A DNA stretch of 64,000 nucleotides from Candidatus Eiseniibacteriota bacterium (GTDB lineage: Bacteria > Eisenbacteria > RBG-16-71-46), in contig CAVSAC010000010.1 in the NCBI GenBank assembly GCA_963725865.1, positions 800,001 to 864,000 of the forward strand. The letters run 5' to 3'. The notes beneath the pieces were generated by a model, which had not been told where the DNA came from, did no database searches, and was given only the letters and a program-made list of their open reading frames with translations. A program made the translations under genes and the position numbers. How positions within the stretch are numbered: the first letter of the stretch is position 1; each line of letters opens with the position of its first letter. This document shows positions 8,017 through 17,124 of this stretch, piece by piece.

Positions 8017-10392
8017 TCAGCCGATGGTGAGCTTCTGCGGCCGACCCGTGAGCACGAACCCCACTCTCAGCCGGCGCCCCACCCGCGACGCTCGCGCGCG
8101 AGCGTCGCTGACCCGCGCGCGCCGCTTCGACGTCACGACCTCCAGCTCGGCCGTGGCCCCCGCCTTGCCCGCCAGCTCGAGCGTGAGTCGCCCACCGCGT
8201 GCCGACCAGGACAGCACTTCGGCCGTCGAGTAGCGCAACACATCGCCACCCGGGAGCGGGACGTTCAGCGGCAGGATGTGGCACCTGCGCGGCCCGACCG
8301 CCAGGGTACCGCGCGACGGGATCCAAGTCGGCCGCAATTCTCCGGGCAAGGTCAAACGCAGCCGCGCAGTCGTGGGGAGATCGTGCAGGTTGGCGGCGAA
8401 CAGGAATCCCGAGCGCTCATTCGACCTCAGGCACACCTGGAGTTCGCCGCGGACGTCGATCCCCGGGCGGACGCCGAGCGAGGCCGCGAAGGCACGGACC
8501 AGCTCGATCTGGTAGTCGAACATGTGGTTCATGCCGAAGCCCAGCACGAGGGCCTCGCCCCGCCCGTGCCGTGCGCGCAGCGCGCACGGCTCGCCCTCGA
8601 GCGACGTGGCCTCGACCTGCGCGGACTCCGAGGCGAGCAGGCTCATCGAGCCCTGGGCCAGGTAGTCCCGACCGCCGATCAGGAGGCCGAGCCCGCGCTG
8701 GCGCGCGCCCGTCACGCGCACGCCGAGCGCATCGGCCAGCACCGTGCACGGGCGGAACGCGAGGTCGCGGACGGGCACCTCGGGATTCAGCAGCAGTCGG
8801 CCGCCGGCGTGCACGTACTCTGCGAGCTTCCGCTGGGTGGCGACGTCCATGAAGTCGAGGGCGAACACCACGAGCGCCGGGTGGGCCTTCAGGTCCTCCA
8901 GCGGTGCGCGCTCGAGATCCACGAACGTGCTGTTCAGCTGAGCGAGCTGGAGAAGGCGCGCGAGTCCGTCGTAGAACAGGTGGTGCTTCTTCCACTCCCA
9001 CGACTCGACGTCGGGCCCGGTGAGGTATTCGGTCGTCCAGTAGGGTGCATAGAATCCGATCGGCACGTCGGGCTGCTTCGTGGTCTGCACGAGTTCAGTA
9101 CCGAAGGCGCGCAGCTGTCGGCCGAATGCCCGAATGGCCGCGAAGTGCGGCCGCCGGCGGCCGTCCGGCCCGACCGCGGCCTGCCACTCGTGATAGGTGC
9201 CGAACGCCCCGGTCTCGAGGGTGTTGCGGCCGCCGGAGAACATGTACGCGTTGACCCCGTTGAGGCCATGGGCTACCGAGAGCTTCAGGTTGAGTTCCAC
9301 GTCCTGCGGATAGAGCCGCGGGCGGTCGCGCATGATCCCCGTCTGAAGCTCGGCGCACACGCTCGGCACGCCGGGCGTCGTGATCAGCTTCACCACCTCG
9401 GTGGTGATCGCGATGTCGTGGAAGTTCTCGTGGTCGAGGCGTCGCATCTGGTAGGCGCCACCGAACACAACGTCGGGCACGCGCGCGGGGAACTCGCGGA
9501 ACATCATGGTGGTCATCGGCGCGAACACGCCGCGTCCTCGCACGTCGTAGTCGTAGAACTGGGGGATGTTGGCGAGCACCGGTAGCCGCAGACCGTGCTT
9601 TCGGTAGCGCGAGTACAACTCCCCGAAGTAGTCCGCATAGTAGGCCTGGTAGAACGCCATCCAGTCCCACAGCATCATGCGCGGCTGAGCGTCGTCACCG
9701 CTCGCGGGCTGCTGGATGGACTCCCAGCCGGCGTGGCGTGTGCCCCACGCCGCATCGAGCCGTGCGAGGTCGCCGGCGTAGCGCTCGCGGAGGAAATCGC
9801 GGAATCGCTCCTCGGTCTCGCCGCTGTAGTCGGCGGCTTTCTGCAGCCAGTGCACCATGCCGATCTCGTTGCAGAGCTGGACCATCACCACGCCGCCCGC
9901 GGGGTAGGCATGCCGTGCGACGCGCGGCAGCACCGCGTCGTACCAGTTCCCCACGAAGCGCAGGAACGTGGGGTTGTTGTACGCGAGCAACGTGGTGTGC
10001 GGGAGGTTCGTGATCTCGCGACCGCGGACGTACACCTCGGGGTGGTCGCGGAGGAGCCATCCCGGCACTCCCTCGTGGACGAGTTCGGCATTCGACACCG
10101 GCCCGACGCGCGCGATGAAGCGCAGTCCGTGGTCCTCGACCAGTCGCAGCCAGCGCTCGAGATTGCGCTGGGGATGCGTGCGGCCCGTGAAGTCGAACTC
10201 CCCGGGCGCAGGTTCATGCCAGATCCAGGGGAGATAGGACGAGACGGAGTCGAGGCCGGCCGCTTTCGCTGCCCGCAGGTGGGCGGCCCAGCGCGCCGGG
10301 GCAAGACGGAAGTAGTGGATCTCCCCCGAGTAGAGGAAGCAGGGTCGACCATCGAGGTTGAATCGCCCGTGCTCCAAGCTCACCGGATCCAT
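8017..10392 (-). CDS. GH35-like glycoside hydrolase with GH42-type trimerisation domain (cytoplasmic)
   Basis: 'YSGEIHYFR', 'YLPWIWHEP..GEFDFTG', 'RVGPVSNAE', 'MVQLCNE', 'AELQTG'; no signal peptide. Confidence 0.85.
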   Translation of the reverse strand: MDPVSLEHGRFNLDGRPCFLYSGEIHYFRLAPARWAAHLRAAKAAGLDSVSSYLPWIWHEPAPGEFDFTGRTHPQRNLERWLRLVEDHGLRFIARVGPVSNAELVHEGVPGWLLRDHPEVYVRGREITNLPHTTLLAYNNPTFLRFVGNWYDAVLPRVARHAYPAGGVVMVQLCNEIGMVHWLQKAADYSGETEERFRDFLRERYAGDLARLDAAWGTRHAGWESIQQPASGDDAQPRMMLWDWMAFYQAYYADYFGELYSRYRKHGLRLPVLANIPQFYDYDVRGRGVFAPMTTMMFREFPARVPDVVFGGAYQMRRLDHENFHDIAITTEVVKLITTPGVPSVCAELQTGIMRDRPRLYPQDVELNLKLSVAHGLNGVNAYMFSGGRNTLETGAFGTYHEWQAAVGPDGRRRPHFAAIRAFGRQLRAFGTELVQTTKQPDVPIGFYAPYWTTEYLTGPDVESWEWKKHHLFYDGLARLLQLAQLNSTFVDLERAPLEDLKAHPALVVFALDFMDVATQRKLAEYVHAGGRLLLNPEVPVRDLAFRPCTVLADALGVRVTGARQRGLGLLIGGRDYLAQGSMSLLASESAQVEATSLEGEPCALRARHGRGEALVLGFGMNHMFDYQIELVRAFAASLGVRPGIDVRGELQVCLRSNERSGFLFAANLHDLPTTARLRLTLPGELRPTWIPSRGTLAVGPRRCHILPLNVPLPGGDVLRYSTAEVLSWSARGGRLTLELAGKAGATAELEVVTSKRRARVSDARARASRVGRRLRVGFVLTGRPQKLTIG

Positions 10393-10460
10393 GGTTCTCC
10401 CGCCGCAGGGTCGCCCACGCGCGTCTCGGGTGACCGTGCTGGCCAGATGGCGTTCAGAGG

Positions 10461-10474
10461 GGAAAGCGCTTGAA
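10461..10474. promoter_or_regulatory. Weaker candidate LacI-type operator GGAAAGCGCTTGAA upstream of the GH35 gene
   Basis: Palindromic core AAGCGCTT about 70 nt upstream of the GH35 start; resembles the other operators. Confidence 0.45.
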
Positions 10475-10771
10475 GGTACACGGGCAGGCGATCGAGCGGG
10501 AAGTCCTCCGCGCCAAAGCGCTCAGGGTTCGGGGCTCCGGCCCCATCGGCGCCGGCCAGCGCCCGCGCGTACTGGCGTTGGGGCGATCGGTGCAAGTGGT
10601 CCGCGGCTCGACCCGGGAGGCCGCGGGAGCGCGAGATTCCGGCCACACGGCTTCGATCGGCGGCGATTGGGTACCGAATCATCGCCGAGTCGTGGCGGCC
10701 TGATATCACCGGGCCCGTCACTTGCTTGTCTGGTCTGCGCAGGCCAACCGATAGTCATGATAACTCACGTC

Positions 10772-10805
10772 TTGACAGCGATGGGCCGCTGTGAAAACGT
10801 TTACA
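10772..10805 (+). promoter_or_regulatory. Sigma70-type -35 (TTGACA, 10772-10777) with LacI operator TGAAAACGTTTACA (10792-10805) over the -10 position
   Basis: Perfect TTGACA; 14-bp near-palindrome with central CG typical of LacI/GalR operators. Confidence 0.75.
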
Positions 10806-11019
10806 ACGCGCCAGGAACTGGGGCGGCGTCCGACGCTGCTGGGCCCGCATGATCGATCTCGAACGATCCCCGACTGGATGAGTTCGAAATCGTGAAACTG
10901 CGAGGCCTAACGGCATGGCGACGGTGGCCTCCGCGCTCCCGCGCGCTCGCAGCCATCAGTTTCGAAGCACATCGTGGATCCGCCACGCAGCAGTATCACC
11001 CCAAAGGAGGTCGCGCATC

Positions 11020-11844
11020 ATGAAGCGGATCGGTTACCACAGCCTGGCTATCGCAGTGCTAGCGATGGGGCTCTTTGCCGCCTCGCTCGCGAACGCCGGT
11101 GACGGCCGTACCTGCCCGGGCGCCACGCCCGCTCCGAACGGCGCGCACGTCATCACCGGGTTCTTCGGAGACTGCCCGACCTCGACGGTCACGGTCACCA
11201 ACGCCTACCCCGCCATCATCGAGATCAACGACGCGCACGTCGACTGCTTCGGCGGAGCAAACCGGCACCTGTGGAAGTTCTCGGAAGATGCCGGTGCGAC
11301 GACGGCGCTGTTCGAGAACTGCTCGCTGTACGAGTTCTGCGCCGACGTCACCCTGACCTCGGACGGCAATGCCGAGGCCGGCCTCGAGATCTCCCCGTGG
11401 TGGTCGTTGGGCGACGGTCAGTTCATGCTGAACGGTACCAGCGGCGAAATCGCGGTGTTCGGCGGCCGTCTGCCGTTCTACTCGTTCACGGCGGCCTACG
11501 GCCTGCACTACGTCAAGGGCACGACCGTCCAGATGCGTATGGCCTACAACCCGCGCAATCTCGACGCCGCCTTCCCGGGCGAGGTGATGTACCTCCTCAC
11601 GTCCGGCGGCACGACGTATAGCAGCGGCTGGCTCAACTTCGACCAGGGGAACACTGGCGAGGACCCGCCGCACGGCCTGTTCGGCGCGCTCGTTCCTCAC
11701 ACCGTCGGTGGCTACTTCCAGGTCAACAGCGGCGGTGGCGTCGACATCTCCGGTAATGTGAAGTTCGAGAACATCTGCTTCAACCCGATCCCCACGCCGG
11801 CTGCCTCGACGACCTGGGGCAAGCTGAAGAGCATCTACCGCTAG
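11020..11844 (+). CDS. Secreted Cys-containing hypothetical protein, paralog A, C-terminal 'TTWGKLKSIYR'
   Basis: AAAGGAGG RBS (11003-11010); signal peptide 'MKRIGYHSLAIAVLAMGLFAASLANA'; clear homology to the next gene. Confidence 0.9.
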   Translation: MKRIGYHSLAIAVLAMGLFAASLANAGDGRTCPGATPAPNGAHVITGFFGDCPTSTVTVTNAYPAIIEINDAHVDCFGGANRHLWKFSEDAGATTALFENCSLYEFCADVTLTSDGNAEAGLEISPWWSLGDGQFMLNGTSGEIAVFGGRLPFYSFTAAYGLHYVKGTTVQMRMAYNPRNLDAAFPGEVMYLLTSGGTTYSSGWLNFDQGNTGEDPPHGLFGALVPHTVGGYFQVNSGGGVDISGNVKFENICFNPIPTPAASTTWGKLKSIYR

Positions 11845-11871
11845 CCCACCAGCGGTACGAGGGCAACTCAA

Positions 11872-11910
11872 GGCGAGCGCCCGTCCATTCGGACGGACGC
11901 TCGCCAGTTT
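11872..11910 (+). terminator. Stem-loop GGCGAGCG-c-CCGTCC/GGACGG-a-CGCTCGCC followed by AGTTT
   Basis: 14-bp stem with one mismatch, starting 28 nt after the stop. Confidence 0.6.
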
Positions 11911-12261
11911 CAGGGGGCCACAGGTCGGGATCCGGGCTTCGAGGGGTGGCGCCGATCTCCCTGCCGGGAGTTCAGTGGATCGCAACTTTCCGTCACGCCG
12001 GAAAGTAAAGGATTGCGCCAGCCCCTCTATTCACAGGACAATGGCGCCGCTGCATGGTCCATGATCGGCACCGCTCGGTAGCCGGTTGGACCCCGATCAC
12101 TCCCTCGGATCGGCGCCTCGCTCTGTACCCTCCCGGGGAGCGAATGGAGTCCAGCCGCCGCCGCGCCATGATCGTGTGATCTCAGTCGGTCTCTCGTACC
12201 GGCCGCAGTCGTCCCGTCGGATCCGCAAGGATCAGCCTCTCCCTGAAGGAGGACACACAGC

Positions 12262-13074
12262 ATGAAGCGGATCGTTACCTGGATGTTCGTGGTGACTGCG
12301 CTGACCGTCAGCGTGGCAGCGCAGGCCGCCAACCTCACGTGCCCGGGCGCCACGCCCAACGTCACGAGCGTGGTCACCTCGACGCGTGTCTTCAACGACT
12401 GTCCGACGTCGACGGTCTCCGTCACCAATGCGTTCCCGTTGGTCGTCATCATCGAGGACTCCAACCTCGACTGCTTCGGCTTCGCGAACCTGCACACCTG
12501 GAGCTGGTCGGCGGATGGCGTGACCAAGGCGCAGTTCGAGAACTGCAGCCAGTACTCGTTCCACTCGGAGCTGGTCCTGAGCGGCACGGGCAACGGCGAG
12601 GGCGGTCTGCGCGTCTCCCCGTGGTTCTCGCCGGACGCGGACGGAAAGTTCAACTGCCGCACGACCGATGGTGAGATCGCCTGCTTCGGCGGTCGGCTGC
12701 CGTTCTACTCCTTCACCGCGGCCTACGGTCTGCACTACGTGAAGGGCACGCCGATCCTGCTCGACATCGCTTACAACCCGCAGTCGCTCAGCTCGGCACT
12801 GCCGGCGCAGATCACCTACACGCTGTTCTACAACAGCACCCTGTACACCAGCGGCCCGCTGAACTTCGACGAGGGCAATCTCGTCGAGGCTCCGATCTAC
12901 GGCTCCTGGGGCGAGCTCACGCCGGCGTACGCGGGCGGCTATGTGACGCCGTTCCTCGGCCAGGGCACTCCGGTCGACTTCAAGGCCCAGTTCAACGTGC
13001 CTTGCTTCTACGGCCCGAACCCCACCCCCACCGTCCAGACCTCGTGGGGCCGCGTGAAGGGGATGTACCGCTAG
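12262..13074 (+). CDS. Secreted Cys-containing hypothetical protein, paralog B, C-terminal 'TSWGRVKGMYR'
   Basis: AAGGAGG RBS; signal peptide; identical 22-aa block FGGRLPFYSFTAAYGLHYVKGT shared with paralog A. Confidence 0.9.
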   Translation: MKRIVTWMFVVTALTVSVAAQAANLTCPGATPNVTSVVTSTRVFNDCPTSTVSVTNAFPLVVIIEDSNLDCFGFANLHTWSWSADGVTKAQFENCSQYSFHSELVLSGTGNGEGGLRVSPWFSPDADGKFNCRTTDGEIACFGGRLPFYSFTAAYGLHYVKGTPILLDIAYNPQSLSSALPAQITYTLFYNSTLYTSGPLNFDEGNLVEAPIYGSWGELTPAYAGGYVTPFLGQGTPVDFKAQFNVPCFYGPNPTPTVQTSWGRVKGMYR

Positions 13075-13102
13075 TCCTCTCCTCTGTCCCAACCGACTCA
13101 CA

Positions 13103-13137
13103 CCGGCGCCCATCCCGCATCGCGGGGTGGGCGCCGG
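13103..13137 (+). terminator. 16-bp GC-rich hairpin after paralog B
   Basis: CCGGCGCCCATCCCGC-atc-GCGGGGTGGGCGCCGG; no U-tract. Confidence 0.5.
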
Positions 13138-13339
13138 ATCATGTGAGCAGCCGGCTGTGCCGCTCCGCCGATCCTCGCTCTCCTCAGCCCTGCGCTCGAA
13201 GTCGCGTCGCATTGCGCGTGGGCGCTGGTCCGCTGGACGGCCTCTCCTCGACATTCTAGAGTGGCCGCCTCGTCTCTTTCCCGCGCGTTCGACGCGCCCG
13301 CCCACGGCCCGTCTCCGAGATCCCTCAGGAGCCGCCTCG

Positions 13340-15739
13340 ATGAGTCGCACGCTGTTCCCGAACCGGTACGGTCATTTCAGCCCGGACGGTCGCGAGTACG
13401 TCATCACCCGACCAGACACCCCGAAGCCCTGGGTGAACGTGATCTGCCCCACCGAGTACGGAGTCACCATCTCCCAGGCGGGCTCGGGCTACTCCTGGAT
13501 GACGCACGCCGGTTTCAACCGCATCACCCGCTGGGAGCAGGACCTGATCCGGGACGAATGGGGCAAGTACCTCTATTGCCGCGATCGCGACGCGCGTCGG
13601 CACTGGTCGCTGGGCTGGCAGCCGGTGAAGGCGAAGCCGGCCCGCTACGAGTGCCGCCACGGCGTGGGCTACACCACGATCACCGCGCTCCATCACGGCA
13701 TTGAAAGCGTTTACACGCTGTTCGTGCCGCCTGGCGAGCCCTACGAGATCTGGCGCGTCCGGCTGCGCAACCGCTCCAGCCGCACGCGTCACCTCGACCT
13801 GTTCACCTACTTCGAGTGGAATCTCGGGCCCGCACCCGACACCCACCGCGAGTTCCATCGACTGTTCATCGAGCCGGAGTACGTCCCGGCGGCGAACGCG
13901 ATGCTCGCCACCAAGCGACTGAACACCATCGCGGAACACGGACGCGGCAAGCCGTGGAACGTCGAGTGGCCGCACGTCGCCTTCCACGCGGCGAGCGTGA
14001 AGCCGGTCGCGCACGAGAGCGACAAGGAGCGTTTCGTCGGACAGTACGGCTGCCTCGCGGACCCGGCGGCGATGCGTGCGAACCGGCTCTCGAACACGAC
14101 CGGCAAGTGGCAGGACGCGATCGGCTCGCTGCAGGTCGCGGTGACGCTGGCGCCCGGCGCGGAGCGCGAGGTGGTGTTCGTGCTCGGGGTGGCCGACAAT
14201 CGCGCCGCGGCCTTGCGCCACGCCAAGCACGCCGTGCAGCCCGCGGCCGTCGAGCGCTCGTGGCGCGCGATGCGGCGCCACTGGGAGGCCCTGCTCGCGC
14301 CGTTGGAGGTGAAAACTCCCGACCGGGCCTTCGACTTGCTCACGAACACGTGGCTCAAGTACCAGACCATCTCCTGCCGGATCCGCGGGCGCACCGCGTA
14401 CTACCAGACCGGCGGCGCCTACGGGTACCGCGACCAGTTGCAGGACAGCCAGGTCTTCCTGCCGCTCGCCCCCGAGCACACGCGCGAGCAGATCCTGCTG
14501 CACGCCGCGCACCAGTTCGGCGACGGCACCGCGTGGCACTGGTGGCATCCGCTCACCGAGGAGGGCGCGCGCAAGCCGCTCAACGACGACCTGCTGTGGC
14601 TGCCCTTCGTCACGCTGAACTACCTGCGCGAGACCGCGGATTTCGCGCTGCTCGAGGAACGTGTGCCGTTCCTGGGCCCCGACGGCAAGCCTTCGAAGGA
14701 CGTCGGTACTCTGTACGCGCACTGCCGCCGCGCCATCGACTCGTTCTGGACCCGACTGTCCCCGCGCGGCGTGCCGCGCATGGGCGCGGGCGACTGGAAC
14801 GACGGGCTCTCCGCGATCGGTGACAAGCTCCAGTCCGAAAGCGTGTGGCTGGCGCACTTCCTGGTCGGCATCCTCGACGGCTGGGTCGAGCTGGAGGCGC
14901 GCCGCGCGCGACCCGACCGGGCGGTGATGACGCGCTACACGCGGGCCGCGCGTACCATGCGCGTCGCGGTCAACCGCCACTTCTGGGATGGCGACTGGTA
15001 CCAGCGCGCCACCAAGGACGACGGCGAGGTCATCGGCTCGAAGCGCTGCCGCGACGGGCGCATCTACCTCAACGCCCAGACCTGGGCGGTGCTCCACGAC
15101 GTCGTGCCCAAGCGCCGGCTTGCGCGCATGATGAAGGCGACCGAGCGCTGGCTCTACCGCGACTACGGCCCGCTGCTGCTCTATCCCGCCTACCGCAAGC
15201 CGGATGCCTCGATCGGGTACCTGACGCGCTACTCGCCCGGCTCGCGCGAGAACGGCGGACTCTACACGCACGCTGGACTGTGGGCGGTGCAGGCCGAGTG
15301 CAAGCTCGGACGCGCGGAGCAGGCGTGGAAGCTCTACCACTCGTTCTGCCCGGTGCTGCGCGGCGCCGCGCCCGACTTCTACCAGGCCGAGCCCTACGTC
15401 ATGCCCGGCAACGTCGACGGGCCCGATTCACCGCATTACGGCCGCGGCGGCTGGACCTGGTACACCGGCTCGTCAGCGTGGACGTTCCGCGTCGGCACCG
15501 AATGGCTGCTGGGCGTGCGCCCGGAGTGGGACGGTCTGCGGATCGCTCCGGTGATCCCGGCGCGCTGGAAGGGCTTCACCATGAGGCGCACGTTTCGCGG
15601 CGCGACCTACCACATCACGGTGCGGCGCGGCGACGCCGCCCGCCTGATGGTGGACGGCCGCCCGCAGCGCGGCGAGCTGGTCCCGCCGTTCGGCGACGGA
15701 GGCGTCCACGAGGTGGTGGTGACGCTGCCGCGTGTCTGA
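13340..15739 (+). CDS. GH94 glycoside phosphorylase (cellobiose/chitobiose/sophoro-oligosaccharide phosphorylase-like)
   Basis: 'YGHFSPDGREYVIT..PKPWVNVI', 'YQTGGAYGYRDQLQD', 'GDWNDG', 'RENGGLYTHA', 'GRGGWTWYTGSSAW'; AGGAG RBS. Confidence 0.93.
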   Translation: MSRTLFPNRYGHFSPDGREYVITRPDTPKPWVNVICPTEYGVTISQAGSGYSWMTHAGFNRITRWEQDLIRDEWGKYLYCRDRDARRHWSLGWQPVKAKPARYECRHGVGYTTITALHHGIESVYTLFVPPGEPYEIWRVRLRNRSSRTRHLDLFTYFEWNLGPAPDTHREFHRLFIEPEYVPAANAMLATKRLNTIAEHGRGKPWNVEWPHVAFHAASVKPVAHESDKERFVGQYGCLADPAAMRANRLSNTTGKWQDAIGSLQVAVTLAPGAEREVVFVLGVADNRAAALRHAKHAVQPAAVERSWRAMRRHWEALLAPLEVKTPDRAFDLLTNTWLKYQTISCRIRGRTAYYQTGGAYGYRDQLQDSQVFLPLAPEHTREQILLHAAHQFGDGTAWHWWHPLTEEGARKPLNDDLLWLPFVTLNYLRETADFALLEERVPFLGPDGKPSKDVGTLYAHCRRAIDSFWTRLSPRGVPRMGAGDWNDGLSAIGDKLQSESVWLAHFLVGILDGWVELEARRARPDRAVMTRYTRAARTMRVAVNRHFWDGDWYQRATKDDGEVIGSKRCRDGRIYLNAQTWAVLHDVVPKRRLARMMKATERWLYRDYGPLLLYPAYRKPDASIGYLTRYSPGSRENGGLYTHAGLWAVQAECKLGRAEQAWKLYHSFCPVLRGAAPDFYQAEPYVMPGNVDGPDSPHYGRGGWTWYTGSSAWTFRVGTEWLLGVRPEWDGLRIAPVIPARWKGFTMRRTFRGATYHITVRRGDAARLMVDGRPQRGELVPPFGDGGVHEVVVTLPRV
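13702..13715. promoter_or_regulatory. LacI-type operator TGAAAGCGTTTACA inside the GH94 CDS
   Basis: 13/14 identical to the 10792 operator; encoded by rare A/T-ending codons ATT GAA AGC GTT TAC. Confidence 0.6.
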
Positions 15740-17109
15740 CGCTCCGGCGCCGGCCGGCGCCACGGGCGGAGTTCGCTTCCCGGCGGACTTCCGCTGGGGA
15801 GCGGCGACCTCCGCCTACCAGATCGAGGGCTCGCCGCTCGCCGACGGTGCGGGCCCGAGCATCTGGGACCGTTTCGCCCACGAGCCGGGGCGCATCCGGG
15901 CCGGCCATCACGGGGACGTGGCGTGCGACCACTATCGCCGCTGGCGCGAGGACGTGGCACTCATGGCCGAGCTGGGGCTGCGATCCTACCGCTTCTCGAT
16001 CGCCTGGAGCCGGGTCCTGCCCGCGGGCACCGGCGCGGTGAACGCGAAGGGCCTCGACTTCTACTCTCGGCTGGTCGACGCGCTGCTCGAACACGGCATC
16101 GTCCCGAACGCGACGCTCTACCACTGGGACCTGCCGGTCGCGCTCCAGGACCGCGGCGGCTGGGAGAATCCCGACAGCGAGCGCTGGTTCGAGGAGTACG
16201 CGCGCACGGTGTTCGCGGCGCTCGACGACCGCGTGCCGATGTGGGCCACGCTCAACGAGCCCGCGGTGGTCGTGGACCACGGCTACGTGCGCGGCGTGGA
16301 CGCGCCGGGCATCCGCGACGCGTCACGCGCCCCGCGCGTCGTGCACCACCTCCTGCTCGCGCACGGCGCCGCGGTGCGCGCCTACCGCGCGGTCGGCCGC
16401 CACACCATCGGGCTCGTCGTGAACATCGTGCCCAAGGAGGCGGCGTCCGACGTCCCCGAGGACGTCGCCGCCGCCGCGCGCGCGGACGTGTACACCAATC
16501 GCCTCTACCTCGACGCCGCGCTGCTGGGGCGCTATCCGGCGGCCATGCGCGACATCTTCGGCGCCGCCTGGCCGGCGTTCCCCGACGGACGAGCTGGCGC
16601 GCATCCGGCAGCCGCTCGACTGGGTCGGCGTCAACTACTACACGCGGCGCCTCGTGTGTCACGACGAGCACGGCGGCCCGCCGCGCGCGAGCGTGGTGCA
16701 CCGCTCCGACACGCCGGTCACGGCGATGGGTTGGGAGATCGTGCCGGCCGGGCTCACCCACGCGCTGCGTCTGGTGAAGGACCGGTACGGCGACCTGCCA
16801 CTGTACGTCACCGAGAACGGGGCCGCGTTCGAGGATCCGCCCCCGCGCGACGGACGCGTGCACGACCCCGACCGGGTCGCCTACCTGCGCGCCCACATCG
16901 AGGCGCTCGCCGACGCGATCGAGTCGGGCGTGGACGTGCGCGGGTACTACGCGTGGTCGCTGCTCGACAACTTCGAGTGGCACTCGGGCTTCACGAGGCG
17001 CTTCGGGCTGGTGCGCGTGGACTACGACACGCTGGAGCGCACCCCGAAGGACAGCGCGCGCTTCTACGCCGAGGTCGTGCGGTCGAACGGGGCCAGCCTG
17101 CAGGCGTGA
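15732..17109 (+). CDS. GH1 beta-glucosidase (apparent +1 frameshift at ~16587)
   Basis: 'FPADFRWGAATSAYQIEG' and TLNEP in one frame; 'DWVGVNYY', YVTENG and 'WSLLDNFEW' in the next; removing one G in CCCGACGGACGAG joins them. Confidence 0.9.
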
Positions 17110-17124
17110 TCCGCGCGATCGCCA

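Noticed and set aside
10880..10935. GGCCTAA...ACGGTGGCC resemblance to a c-di-GMP-I riboswitch
   Set aside because: The GGCAAAC and GACGCAAAGC core elements are absent.
16580..16600. Programmed frameshifting in GH1 and the other broken genes
   Set aside because: No slippery sequence or stimulatory signal; the same +1 pattern in unrelated genes favours sequencing error.
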